DNA of 64,000 nt from NCBI GenBank assembly GCA_044376115.1, contig JBILLK010000035.1, forward strand, positions 32,001 through 96,000, written 5' to 3'. Position numbers and translations under genes: made by a program. The notes under the pieces were generated by a model. That model saw only the letters and a list, made by a program, of their open reading frames with translations, had not been told where the DNA came from and ran no database searches. Each line of letters begins with the position of its first letter. The first letter of the stretch is position 1. This document shows, in pieces, positions 18,290 through 27,786 of this stretch. The stretch comes from Polyangiaceae bacterium (GTDB taxonomy: Bacteria; Myxococcota_A; Polyangia; Polyangiales; Polyangiaceae).

Positions 18290-20004
18290 ATGGCGAGCCC
18301 GGGCCAGGCGCAGCCAAAAGCTTCGCCGGGGGCCAAGGCTGTCACGATCGGTCGCTACCAGCTCTACGACGTGATCGGCTCGGGAGGGATGGCCTCGGTG
18401 CATCTCGGGCGAATGAGCGGGAGCGCCGGCTTTACGCGCTTCGTCGCGATCAAGCGGCTTCATCCGCACCTCGCGAGCGGTCGTGAGTTCTCTGAGCTCT
18501 TCCTCGACGAGGCGCGGCTCGCCGCGAGGCTCCGTCACCCGAACATCGTGGAGACGCTCGATGTCGTTCGCGAGGGGAGCGATGTGTTGATCGTGATGGA
18601 GCTCGTGGAGGGGGCGTCTCTTTCGGTCTTGTCGCGGTCCGCGGCTGCGGTCGGCGCGCGCCTTTCGCCGGCCCTCGTCTCGGCTGTCGCGCTCGGTATC
18701 CTGCGTGGGCTTCACGCGGCGCACATGGCGAAGGCGCCGTCCGGTGCACCGCTCAACATCGTGCACCGTGATGTCTCGCCGCAGAACGTCCTGATCGGCG
18801 TGGATGGCGTCCCGCGCGTGCTCGACTTCGGCGTAGCCCGGGCGAACGGGCAGTTGCACGCGACGAAGAGCGGTGAAGTGCGCGGCAAGCTCGCGTACAT
18901 GGCGCCCGAGCATCTGCGCGGCAGCGCGACCCAGAAGAGCGATCTCTACGCCGCCGGCGTCGTGCTTTGGGAGCTGCTCGCCGGCGAGCGGCTCTACCGT
19001 GCCGAGGATGACGCAGCGCTGCTTGGTGCAGTGCTCTACGAAGGGCCCCGCCCGCTCCCGGCTGCTGCCGTCAGCGCCGCTCCAGCGCTCGCGGCGATCG
19101 TCTCCTGTGCGCTCTCGCAAGACCCTGCGGCGCGCTTTCCGAACGCTGCTGCGATGGCCGCGCGATCGAGCAGGCGGTGCCACCTTGCTCGTCGAAGCAG
19201 CTCGGTGATTGGGTGGAGCGCATCGCACGCCCTCAACTCGCACAGCTCCGTGTCGCGCTCGCGGCGATCGATGAGGAGCCAGGGCTCGGTACCTTTCGCC
19301 TCGCCAAGAAAGAGCCAGCGGCGCCGGTTGCGGTTCCAGTACCAGCGCCGATCCAAGCGCCAGCTCCGGCAGCGATCCAAGCGCTAGCTCCAGCGCCGAT
19401 CCAAGCGCCAGCCCCAGCGCCGATTCAAGATCCATCCGTCAACCGTGAGGTCGGCGTAGCAGCAACACTCAAGGCTGGGGAGCCCTTCGGCCAAGCTCCA
19501 ATTGCGACCGTTGGGGCTGCACCGCTGATGGCTTCAGCGCCGCCCCCACCGACAGCACCGCAGTGGGCGGGTGCCTATGCTCCTTCGCACGTTGCTCCCC
19601 CGGCGCCTTGGGCAGTTGTCGCCAGGCCCCCTGCTGTTCCTGCCTACGTGCACAACAACGTCTGGCTCTCGCTGGTGATGGCCGGTGTGCATTTGGCGGT
19701 CATGTTCTTCCAGCCCACGCTCCCAGCGATCGTCCTCGGTGGGATCGTTAGTTCGATCTTTGGCTCCAAAAGCGCGATAGCTGGGGTTGCCGTCCTCCTC
19801 GGCTATCTCTGGCTCGCGTCTGGGATCTTTTGGGCGCCCATCAATGCGTATGGCTTGAGCAAGCGTATGCCCTGGTCGCGGATGTCCACGCTGGTTTATG
19901 CAGCTCTATCCATTCCCACCGGTGTTGGCGCACCCTACGGCGTGCACGCGCTGTTGACGCTGGGCTCACGGCCCGCGCGTGACGACTTCGAACGGCGGCA
20001 CTGA
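18290..20004 (+). pseudogene. Membrane Ser/Thr protein kinase with a 1-nt frameshift near 19160
   Basis: GSGGMA, VAIK, HRDVSPQN, DFG and APE motifs. Adding one base at ~19160 gives AAMAxAIEQAVPPCSSKQLGDWV and joins the 19177-20004 frame (PAPIQA repeats, TM helices). Confidence 0.8.
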
Positions 20005-20019
20005 CCCGCTGCGCTCGTT

Positions 20020-20463
20020 TCACAAGGGCGAGGCGCGCCCCGCGAAGAAGTGATCGCGCTGCGGACGCGTCGCGATGATTGCGCCAGCGATCAGCGCGAC
20101 GAAGACGAGATCGCCGATGGCGGCGCTGAGCGCGAGGCCATTCGGTGGGTTGCCGGAGAAGCCGCTCAAGATACGTGCGGCGTAGAGGGACTTGCCCACC
20201 GCGCCGAGCACGACCACGAGCAGGTGGCGTCGCGGGTCGAAGCTCGCCACCGCATATCCGATCGCGAAGAGCAGCGTCTGCCCCCATGCCCCTCGATAGA
20301 GCTCGAGCACGATCGGAGATTCGGCAGGGGCGCCGCTGAAGCGCTGGAAGCTGGCGGCCGGATCGAGGTAGCCCGGGACCGCGCCCAGCAACGTCCACAG
20401 CGCAGTTGCGGCGAGGACATAACGAAAAACGCGCAAGGCTCGGTCTGTAGGATTCGCTTTCAT
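20020..20463 (-). CDS. Small integral membrane protein
   Basis: Four hydrophobic segments; lies downstream of the Crp/Fnr gene on the same strand. Confidence 0.65.
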   Translation of the reverse strand: MKANPTDRALRVFRYVLAATALWTLLGAVPGYLDPAASFQRFSGAPAESPIVLELYRGAWGQTLLFAIGYAVASFDPRRHLLVVVLGAVGKSLYAARILSGFSGNPPNGLALSAAIGDLVFVALIAGAIIATRPQRDHFFAGRASPL

Positions 20464-20547
20464 GACCGAACGTTGCCGGACTGGCCCGCCCGAGTCCTTT
20501 ACATAGGTCGAGAATCGAAGAACTCGACTACCGAAAGGAGCGCGCGT

Positions 20548-21102
20548 TCAACGCTTGCGGGCGGCGCGCACGCGGCTGAGCTGCGTCGGCGTGATCCCGA
20601 GGTACGCGGCGATCTCGTACAGCGGGACGTCGACCTCGATGCCCGGGTGCTGTTCGAGCAGGCGTGCGTAACGTTGCGAGGCGTTCATCGTCGCCATCTC
20701 GAGCTCGCGTTGCTCCTTGATCAGGTAGAGCCCCTCGGCGAACTTGCGCTGGAGTTGTACGAGCGACGGATACTGCTGCTCGAGTTCGAGGATCGCCGCA
20801 CGATCGATGAACCACACCACGCAGCTTGTGAGCGCCTGTTGCGGCACCTCGACAGGGCGGCCCGTGAGCAGAGAGGCGTAGTCCCCGACGAAGTCGGGGC
20901 CGCTGAAGAAGTGCTTGTTGTACTGCTTCCCATCGACGGTGGTGAAGTACGCGCGCACCCGCCCCGACTCGAGCAGCCCTACGGTGGACTGCACCGAGCC
21001 GAGCGGCGACACATGCTCCCGCGGCGCGAAGCTACGCCGCACGAGGAGCGGCAAAAGCGCCTTCCAGACCGCGGGCTCCAGCGGATGAATTGCGTCCATC
21101 AT
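20548..21102 (-). CDS. Crp/Fnr family transcriptional regulator
   Basis: cNMP-binding-like N-terminus and C-terminal IAAYLGITPTQLSRVR HTH. Confidence 0.9.
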   Translation of the reverse strand: MMDAIHPLEPAVWKALLPLLVRRSFAPREHVSPLGSVQSTVGLLESGRVRAYFTTVDGKQYNKHFFSGPDFVGDYASLLTGRPVEVPQQALTSCVVWFIDRAAILELEQQYPSLVQLQRKFAEGLYLIKEQRELEMATMNASQRYARLLEQHPGIEVDVPLYEIAAYLGITPTQLSRVRAARKR

Positions 21103-21124
21103 GCGCAGCAGTCGCGCCGAGATT

Positions 21125-21220
21125 TCACCGAAGGTGGATGCAGTGAACAGAATGAGTCGTGCCCTCCTCGAGAAAGCGAGCCGAAGGCCCCGTTAGACCT
21201 TCGGCTAGGCACGAGTCATT
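21125..21220 (+). mobile_element. Structured ~96 bp repeat element, copy 2
   Basis: TCACC-GAA-GGTGG, GATGCAGTGAACAG, AATGAGTCGTGCC...GGCACGAGTCATT; intergenic, about 22 bp upstream of the Crp/Fnr start. Confidence 0.85.
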
Positions 21221-21313
21221 TTCGAGGGAGGCCAAGCGTCGAATCTAGCAGTGGTGTCCGCGGACGTGTCCTACGGATTCCGCGCCGGTAGTTGCGGCGT
21301 GGTAGCGTTCCGC

Positions 21314-22021
21314 ATGTCCTCGAAACGGTTCTGCAGACTGCACGTCTCATCCCGAGGGCCAACCTCTGGCGCGGCGACCTTCTTGTGGGTGCTCGGGTTC
21401 TTGGCGGCTTGCTCGACCTCTTCTGGACAGGGGGCCACCCCAAGCGAGCCCGTCGCTTCCACGTCGTCCTCCCAAGCCGGGCCCGCGTCCACGACGTCGT
21501 CCTCCCAAGTCGGGACGCCTCCAGCTTCCACGTCGTCCTCCCAGTCCGGGACGCCTCCCGTCGCAGTCCCGGCGACCTCTATGGGAGCCTTCTCCCCCAT
21601 AGAACTAGCCATGGTGAAGTTGCTCGCCGAATCGCCGAACTCGGGCTCGATCGGGTCGTCCGTAACCGAGTGGAGCATCAACGGCAAGACGCCAACCGAG
21701 GCAACGGACGCCGATATCCGTCAAGCCATCGGGGAAGCCGGGTGCCTGCCCGATCAATCGCGCGACCGGGCCCCGGAGTTTATCGTCACTGTTTCCTGTG
21801 GGACCACCCAGTACGAGGTCGTGCGCGTCGTTCGTGCAGCGCCACTGTCGGCGGAGCAGTGGACCGCGAAAATGAAGACGGTCGCGTTCGTCGAGGCGAC
21901 TGGTGTCCGCTTGGAGGTACGTCCCAAGTCCGGCGCGAGCGTTGAACAGGCGCGTTCATTGTTGAGGCTGGTCCTGGGGGCTGACAGCCTTCCGCCAGGT
22001 AGCCCAAGTCCAGGTCTCTAA
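21314..22021 (+). CDS. Hypothetical lipoprotein
   Basis: FLAAC lipobox and three S/TSSSQ repeats; start uncertain. Confidence 0.55.
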   Translation: MSSKRFCRLHVSSRGPTSGAATFLWVLGFLAACSTSSGQGATPSEPVASTSSSQAGPASTTSSSQVGTPPASTSSSQSGTPPVAVPATSMGAFSPIELAMVKLLAESPNSGSIGSSVTEWSINGKTPTEATDADIRQAIGEAGCLPDQSRDRAPEFIVTVSCGTTQYEVVRVVRAAPLSAEQWTAKMKTVAFVEATGVRLEVRPKSGASVEQARSLLRLVLGADSLPPGSPSPGL

Positions 22022-22052
22022 ACGGGACCTGGCCCGCGAACGTGTCCGCGCG

Positions 22053-23141
22053 CTAGGGACCCGTGGTCTCCGGGTCGCAGTCGGGCTCCGCCGGGTCGCA
22101 GTAGAGGTTGGGCATCGCATTCCCACTCCACTTTGCGCGCAAGGGCGAGTTGTTGTTGTTGTTCTCGGGGTTCGGGTCCCAGAAGCTCAGCCCGAACTTC
22201 TCGCGGTGGAACCACGGCTGGACGTGCCCGCCCCAGAAGCCCTCCGCCATGAGCGTGTTGCATAGGCCGCGGGACCATTTGAGGGCCCACGGTATGTTCG
22301 ACTTCGGACCACTGAAGACGCCTTCGGAGCCCGGCTCCGCGCTGCAACCCGGATGGCCCTCGGGGAGATACGGCGCTTGGTCCTCGAGCGACGGAATGAA
22401 CGAGGCCCCACAGTGCGCGTTCATCGAGCCCTGGCACGGCCCCTCGGCCGAGCCGTTGGTGCCGGGATACTCGGCATCCCAGGCGGTCGTGAACTTGCGC
22501 TCATCACCCCATAGCGCGCGAGCGAACATGCAGTGGTCCTTCTTCACCTGACGGTCTTCAGTCGTGTAGCCAACCAGCGAGCGGAGATGGTTGATCGCAA
22601 TCCGGTGCCACTCATCCACCTCGGCCTTGGTGGGGTTCGCGTTATCGGCGAACGGCTGGTGCTGGTAGAAGACCTCCCGAATGCCTCGCACTCTGTCCAC
22701 GCTCGGACAAATGGCCTGGACGAACTCGTCGTGGCTCATCTTGGACGGGTTGTAGACGGTGCCGTCCCATTCGGCCTCGGCCCAGTCCGCGGGGTCGATC
22801 CAGCTGACGCTATCCGGGTCGTGCGCAGGGTTGCCGCCCTCGACCGGTTTGCTTGCGAAGGTGCTCCAGTCGGCTTGATCCGGTGTGTACTGCTCCAGCA
22901 TCGCATTGTTCGCGCCGCTGCCATTGGAGCCGCTGCCATTCGCGCCGCTGCCGTTCGCGCCGCTGCCATTGGAGCCGCTGCCATTCGCGCCGCTGCCGTT
23001 CGCGCCGCCAGCATCCGATGCGCCAGCATCCGAGGCGCCAGCGTCTGAGGCTCCTGCATCCGAGCCGTCTGCGCTCTCGTCACAAGCGACCCCAAAGTTC
23101 AGAACCGCAATCAGGGTGGCTAGCTTCTGGATCGTTCGCAA
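22053..23141 (-). CDS. Lipoprotein with GASDA / GANGS low-complexity repeats and Cys/His-containing globular domain
   Basis: TTG start with CAGGAGGT RBS, FGVAC lipobox, 15-bp tandem repeats at ~22910-23063. Confidence 0.7.
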   Translation of the reverse strand: MRTIQKLATLIAVLNFGVACDESADGSDAGASDAGASDAGASDAGGANGSGANGSGSNGSGANGSGANGSGSNGSGANNAMLEQYTPDQADWSTFASKPVEGGNPAHDPDSVSWIDPADWAEAEWDGTVYNPSKMSHDEFVQAICPSVDRVRGIREVFYQHQPFADNANPTKAEVDEWHRIAINHLRSLVGYTTEDRQVKKDHCMFARALWGDERKFTTAWDAEYPGTNGSAEGPCQGSMNAHCGASFIPSLEDQAPYLPEGHPGCSAEPGSEGVFSGPKSNIPWALKWSRGLCNTLMAEGFWGGHVQPWFHREKFGLSFWDPNPENNNNNSPLRAKWSGNAMPNLYCDPAEPDCDPETTGP

Positions 23142-23172
23142 TGGGACCTCCTGAATCAACGGGAGGCGGTAG

Positions 23173-23188
23173 AGCAGTTGGTGTGCCA
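23173..23188 (-). promoter_or_regulatory. Sigma54 -24/-12 promoter
   Basis: Minus strand TGGCACACCAACTGCT (GG-N10-GC) about 30 bp upstream of the 23141 start. Confidence 0.55.
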
Positions 23189-23340
23189 GGCCGCAACCTC
23201 TCGATCCTGCGGGCTTTTTACGCGGTCCGCCGCCCGCGCCTTGAACGGCGTTTCGTCCGCCTGGTACCGACCATGTTCCTGAGAGCGAGTGCGCCTCGGC
23301 GCGCCTTGTGGCAGGTGGTCGCACTGCGCGCAGGCGGTTC

Positions 23341-23853
23341 CTAGTCCACCGGTGCTCCACGCAGCCCCAGCTGCTCGGCCAGCCCCTTGAGCGCCTTCCA
23401 CAACAAGGCTTGTTGCTTCGGATCGAGCCGCCCGAAGGTCTCCGCGTCGTTCTCGTCAGCGAGCTCCGCTAGCTTGGGGACGAGGCGGCGCCCCCCAGCC
23501 CGCAGTGAAACGAACTGCGCCCGCCCGTCCTGCTCGTCTCTGCGGATCGACAAAAGCTGCTTGGCGAGGAGCCGGTCCACGAGCTTCGAAACGGCGCCGC
23601 GGGTCAGCCCCAGCGTGTTCGCGAGCTCGCTCGGCTTGACCTCGTGCGTCTCGAACAGGGCGCGCAGCACGACCCACTCGGCCACAGTGACGCCGTGCTG
23701 CTCGACCTTCAGCTTGAAGGCGTGGGACACGTGGTTCGACACGGCGCGCAGCCAGTAGCCGAGATGCGCATCGAGCGCGCTCGGTGGCTTCGCCGAGCTA
23801 CCTTCACGCGGTAGTTCACCCGCACCCAGTTTATTGCGGGAAGTGTTCGACAT
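23341..23853 (-). CDS. MarR family transcriptional regulator
   Basis: VTVAEWVVLRAL...PSELANTLGLTRGAVSKLVDRL...DGR winged HTH. Confidence 0.9.
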   Translation of the reverse strand: MSNTSRNKLGAGELPREGSSAKPPSALDAHLGYWLRAVSNHVSHAFKLKVEQHGVTVAEWVVLRALFETHEVKPSELANTLGLTRGAVSKLVDRLLAKQLLSIRRDEQDGRAQFVSLRAGGRRLVPKLAELADENDAETFGRLDPKQQALLWKALKGLAEQLGLRGAPVD

Positions 23854-24253
23854 GTGTCTCCGCCGTGCGCCCAAAGTAGACGACGCGCTTGCCCAGAAAG
23901 GACACCATGTAGCCCGCGCAGCCAGCGGCCTTTACCTTCGCGCAGAAGCCCGCGTAGGAATAGCCGGGGACGTTGCTCTGGGCCTCCCGTACCGCTTGCT
24001 CGACCTCCTCGGCGTTGAACCCGGCTGCCACCCTCGTCTCGGCCTTGGGCAGGGCGAGCTGCACGCTCTGGTTGCTCGCCGTGAAATACGTTGCCGTCCC
24101 ACGCCGATAGTCGACGTCATACCCCTCGAACCCCGCCTCAATCAGGGTGCCAACAATGGCGGGGAAGTCCATGGTGCCTGCGTACGCGGCGTCCAGGCAG
24201 TGCTGGGCGGTAGCTGCAAGCTGCTCATTCATTCGTGCAAGTTGCTCATTCAT
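23831..24253 (-). CDS. DUF1398 family protein
   Basis: MDFPAIVGTL..AGFEGYDVDYRR...YSYAGFC..V..AGCAGY.VSFLGKRVVYFGR; its 3' end overlaps the marR start. Confidence 0.75.
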   Translation of the reverse strand: MNEQLARMNEQLAATAQHCLDAAYAGTMDFPAIVGTLIEAGFEGYDVDYRRGTATYFTASNQSVQLALPKAETRVAAGFNAEEVEQAVREAQSNVPGYSYAGFCAKVKAAGCAGYMVSFLGKRVVYFGRTAETHVEHFPQ

Positions 24254-24256
24254 TCT

Positions 24257-25009
24257 GGCCTCGCATCGATACCTGCGGCCGGCTCACCTGGTACGGCGTA
24301 TCGACGTGCCAACGAGGGCAAAGACATCGCGATCTTTTACGGTGGCTACGGCGCGACGCTGACGGCCTCGCAGAGCTGGCTCGATGAGGCTTTGACGCAA
24401 GAGCTCGAGGCACGCGGCGTCGGTCGGCTCTATGCAGTAAAAGGCCCGCTCCACTCCGACTATCGCGACTATGAGATAGGAAACTCCAAGATCGCCAAGC
24501 GGCTCATTGGCGATGAGGGCCAAGACGCACAGAGGATCATCGTGGTCGCGCACTCCTCGGGCGCTTTCGTCGCCAACGAGCTGATGACTCAGCTCGCTGA
24601 CGGCCGAGACACGCTCGGGAACGCCGCGCAGAAGGTCGTCTACTTCAACCTCGACGGAGCGGGCGGGCCACCGAACAAGGCGCTATTGAACCTCGCCGGC
24701 GCCTGGGCCGTGTTGGTGAAGGACGCAGCCGGAACCCGCTCGACGAACGCGTGGACCGCGGAGGACAACGGCGCCAAGTATTCTGCCGCCGGCAAGGGCG
24801 GCCATCACCTACTGCTCGCAGAAGCCGGCGCCTGTGCGAGTGGCGCAAAATGGTGCCTGCACATGTTCACAACCAACCAGCGGCCCCACAACAAGTGGGG
24901 GCTCGACGTCCAAAACGACTACACCGATTTCGACGGAAACCCTATTCAGCTCGGCTTCCTCGCGGAGCTCGGCGTCCTCGGTGAGCTGGCGGAAGACAAG
25001 GTCCCCTGA
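24257..25009 (+). pseudogene. 5'-truncated alpha/beta-hydrolase-like gene
   Basis: IIVVAHSSGAFVA nucleophile elbow; no start codon or promoter space between it and the divergent DUF1398 start. Confidence 0.55.
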
Positions 25010-25095
25010 GCTGCGTTCCCGCGCGAGGGAACCCTCGCCAGCCGAGCCTCGCCCGTGTGATTGACGCTCCCCCACGCGCGTGGAACGGACCACGT

Positions 25096-26362
25096 ATGCG
25101 TTGGTTCTTCTTCAGCTTGTGCGCCGTCGGGTTGCTTGCGTGTGGTGATGATTCGGCTGCCACTGGCGGTGCTTCGGTTGGCGGTGCGGCTGCCGGAGGC
25201 GCGTCTTCGTCGTCGGGCGGTAGCAGCGCGGACGGTGGAAATAGCCAGGGCGGAGCCGCGCAGGGGGGCGGCCCGCAAGGCGGAAGCTCTGCTTGTTATG
25301 AGGATGCGGGCCCGGCGCGCCCCATGTGGAACTTGTGGCCCGTCTGCGAGAGCTCGCCGGCCGGTGATAGCGCGAGCACCTCGAACGAGCCGTTGGGATC
25401 TTCGGCGTCATCGTACGGATGGCCGACCACCACGAAGCGCGTCTTGTCCGCACCGGCCGATCATCTTCTCCCCGAACGGCGAGCTTGGCTTCGCCGTACA
25501 GAACGACGGCAGCGTGGGCGTGTTCCGGCTCGCCAGCGATGGCACGCCTACGGTGCTCTCGGCAGGCGAACAATGGGACTTTTATGCCGACGCTCTGCGT
25601 TGGTCCGCTGCGGGGCCCTACCTCGTTGACGGTAACTTCCCCAAGAACGGCGGCGGTCTCTACCAGCTGCTCGTCGCTTGCGATGCCTCGCTCACGGCCT
25701 CCCCGCGCCTGTTCGACGCCAAGAACGCACGCGACCTGTTCGTGGACGCCGCAAGCGGTGACGTCCTGATCGCAGCGCGCGCCGCGCTCGGCTCCACCGA
25801 GGTCGCCCACGTGCATCGGCTTACGCTGGGAACGCCTCCCAGCTTGCTCGCTAGCAAAGACGCGTTCGGTGACGACGAGGCGATCACCAGCTTCGCCGCG
25901 CGCACCCGCATCGGCCGTCACATCATCGTCGCCGACAACTCCTCGTTTAGCGCGGTACCGAACCGGGTCGCCGCGGTCGAGGTCACAACGAGCGGGCTTG
26001 GCGCAGTGCAGACCCTGAGCGGCTTTGACGATCCGTATGCGATCGCCGTCTCGCCATTCGACGATGCCGTCGTCGTCACCTCGGGCTTCGGGGATGGCAT
26101 CTTCGTGCTCGACTACGACCCGCAGGCCGCGGCTCCGCTCACCTTGCGCGGCGAGCTCGACTACGCTGGCGCATCCCCGCAACTCCCCGGCGCGCTGGCC
26201 ACCGTTGAGCGCGGGCCGCTCGACGGCCGGGTGCTGATCGCCGACGTGCGCGGCGTTTACTCGGTGCAGTTCGCACCCGGCGCACAGGTCCAAGACCTCG
26301 GCGTGTTCGAACTCGGGCCCGGCAGCGAGGCGATCGTTGTCGGCATCGGCGTGCAGCCCTGA
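25096..26362 (+). pseudogene. Beta-propeller lipoprotein with frame break near 25455
   Basis: MRWFFFSLCAVGLLAC lipobox in one frame; propeller repeats (IIFSPNGELG, AVSPFDD) continue in the +1 frame. Confidence 0.65.
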
Positions 26363-26410
26363 TCTGCGGCGGCCGCCGTACTGCGTTCGGCGTGCAGCGC
26401 GGACGCGCCG

Positions 26411-27697
26411 CTAGCCTGTGCTGCGCGCTTCCTCGGCTTCTAGTACGGCGAGTGCTTCAGCGAGCGCGGGTTCCTCGAGCGCCCCTTCGGCGACCTGCGT
26501 GAGTACGCAGGCGAGCGGCGCCGATACCGTCGTCTTCGCGAGAACTCCGATGCGCGGGCGCTCCTGGGGCGCTGCTTCCACCAGGGCGATCGCTGCGGCT
26601 GCGCGCTCCAACGTCGGCCTCGTTACGTCCTCGGTCAGTGCGCGAAGGGTCTCGACCTCGACCGGCGCGCTGCGATGGCCGCCATACGCTCCGGCGCCGA
26701 CGCGACGAAGGGCGGTGACCCACTCCGCGAACGGTCGCGCCCGGCGCTCCAGCGCTTCTATCGCGGCAGCGCGCGGGCTACTCCTTGCCGCGAGCATCGC
26801 TTCATGGAGGCGCACTGCGAACGCGCTCGTTTGCGCGACGAACTGCGGTTCATAGTACCCTACCGGGATCCACACCGTAGGGCCGCCGCGAAGGTGAAGT
26901 TTGAGTCCAATCTCACGTAAGAAGTCTCCGTGTACCGCTTGTTCGTAGCGATGAATCTGGTCGAAGCGTAAGACCCGCTCCTGCCTCAGCCAGCAAATCA
27001 CGAGGCCATCGACCCCGATATGCACGCTCGCTGGGGCCAGATAGAGCGCAGGGATGACGCCGACACTTGCGAGCAGCGCAATTCCCGCCGCAGTGATCCC
27101 CCACCAAAGGATGAATAGCGGTGCGACCACTAGCGCCAGAATGACCACCACCTGAGTATGAAGCGAGCACGCGCGAAAGCGGCTCGCGACCCGAAAACGC
27201 GCCGTCGTCTGATCGGCATTCAGCCCCAATGCACGCAGCAGTTGGGTGCCCGCCTGCGGAGTCCGCACGGCAAACTCGATCGGTAGGCCGAAGACGCTCC
27301 GCTTTGTCAAACGCACGAACCAAACGTCCTTGTCCTGAAGCAACAAGCCTTGAGCGAGCTGCTCTCGGCGCGCGAGCGTCTTGCCGGCGTGGAACAGCGC
27401 GTCGTCCGTCACGGTCGTCTGTCCCGCGACCGCAAGAAAGGGTGCTCTGGCGAAGGAGTCCCAGGCCCACCACAGCGCGACCAAGCTCGGCACCAGGCAC
27501 AGCACGATAAAAAGCCAAAACCGGCTCGAAAAGTCCGCCCAGAACAAACCAACGAGGACGTACGAACTCGCGAGCGCGCTGAGCCCCCACGTGCGTATCA
27601 CATGGAGCTGCGAGCGCGCGCGGTGCTCGAGGTCAAATGCGCGGTAGCGTTCGGCCGTCACGGTCGTCTGTCCGCTAGAGTACTTCGGATCGACCAT
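26411..27697 (-). CDS. Hypothetical membrane protein
   Basis: Two TM hairpins plus a helical C-terminal region; start uncertain. Confidence 0.6.
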   Translation of the reverse strand: MVDPKYSSGQTTVTAERYRAFDLEHRARSQLHVIRTWGLSALASSYVLVGLFWADFSSRFWLFIVLCLVPSLVALWWAWDSFARAPFLAVAGQTTVTDDALFHAGKTLARREQLAQGLLLQDKDVWFVRLTKRSVFGLPIEFAVRTPQAGTQLLRALGLNADQTTARFRVASRFRACSLHTQVVVILALVVAPLFILWWGITAAGIALLASVGVIPALYLAPASVHIGVDGLVICWLRQERVLRFDQIHRYEQAVHGDFLREIGLKLHLRGGPTVWIPVGYYEPQFVAQTSAFAVRLHEAMLAARSSPRAAAIEALERRARPFAEWVTALRRVGAGAYGGHRSAPVEVETLRALTEDVTRPTLERAAAAIALVEAAPQERPRIGVLAKTTVSAPLACVLTQVAEGALEEPALAEALAVLEAEEARSTG

Positions 27698-27786
27698 GGT
27701 TACGTGCCGCGAGGATTGCCACATCATCGCGATGACGTCGATGGTGCGCGGGCGGTGCGCAGCCGGGGCTGCGCACCGCCAACAGC

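Noticed and set aside
23834..24256. Plus-strand N-terminal part of the 391-aa ORF
   Set aside because: Antisense shadow of the DUF1398 gene.
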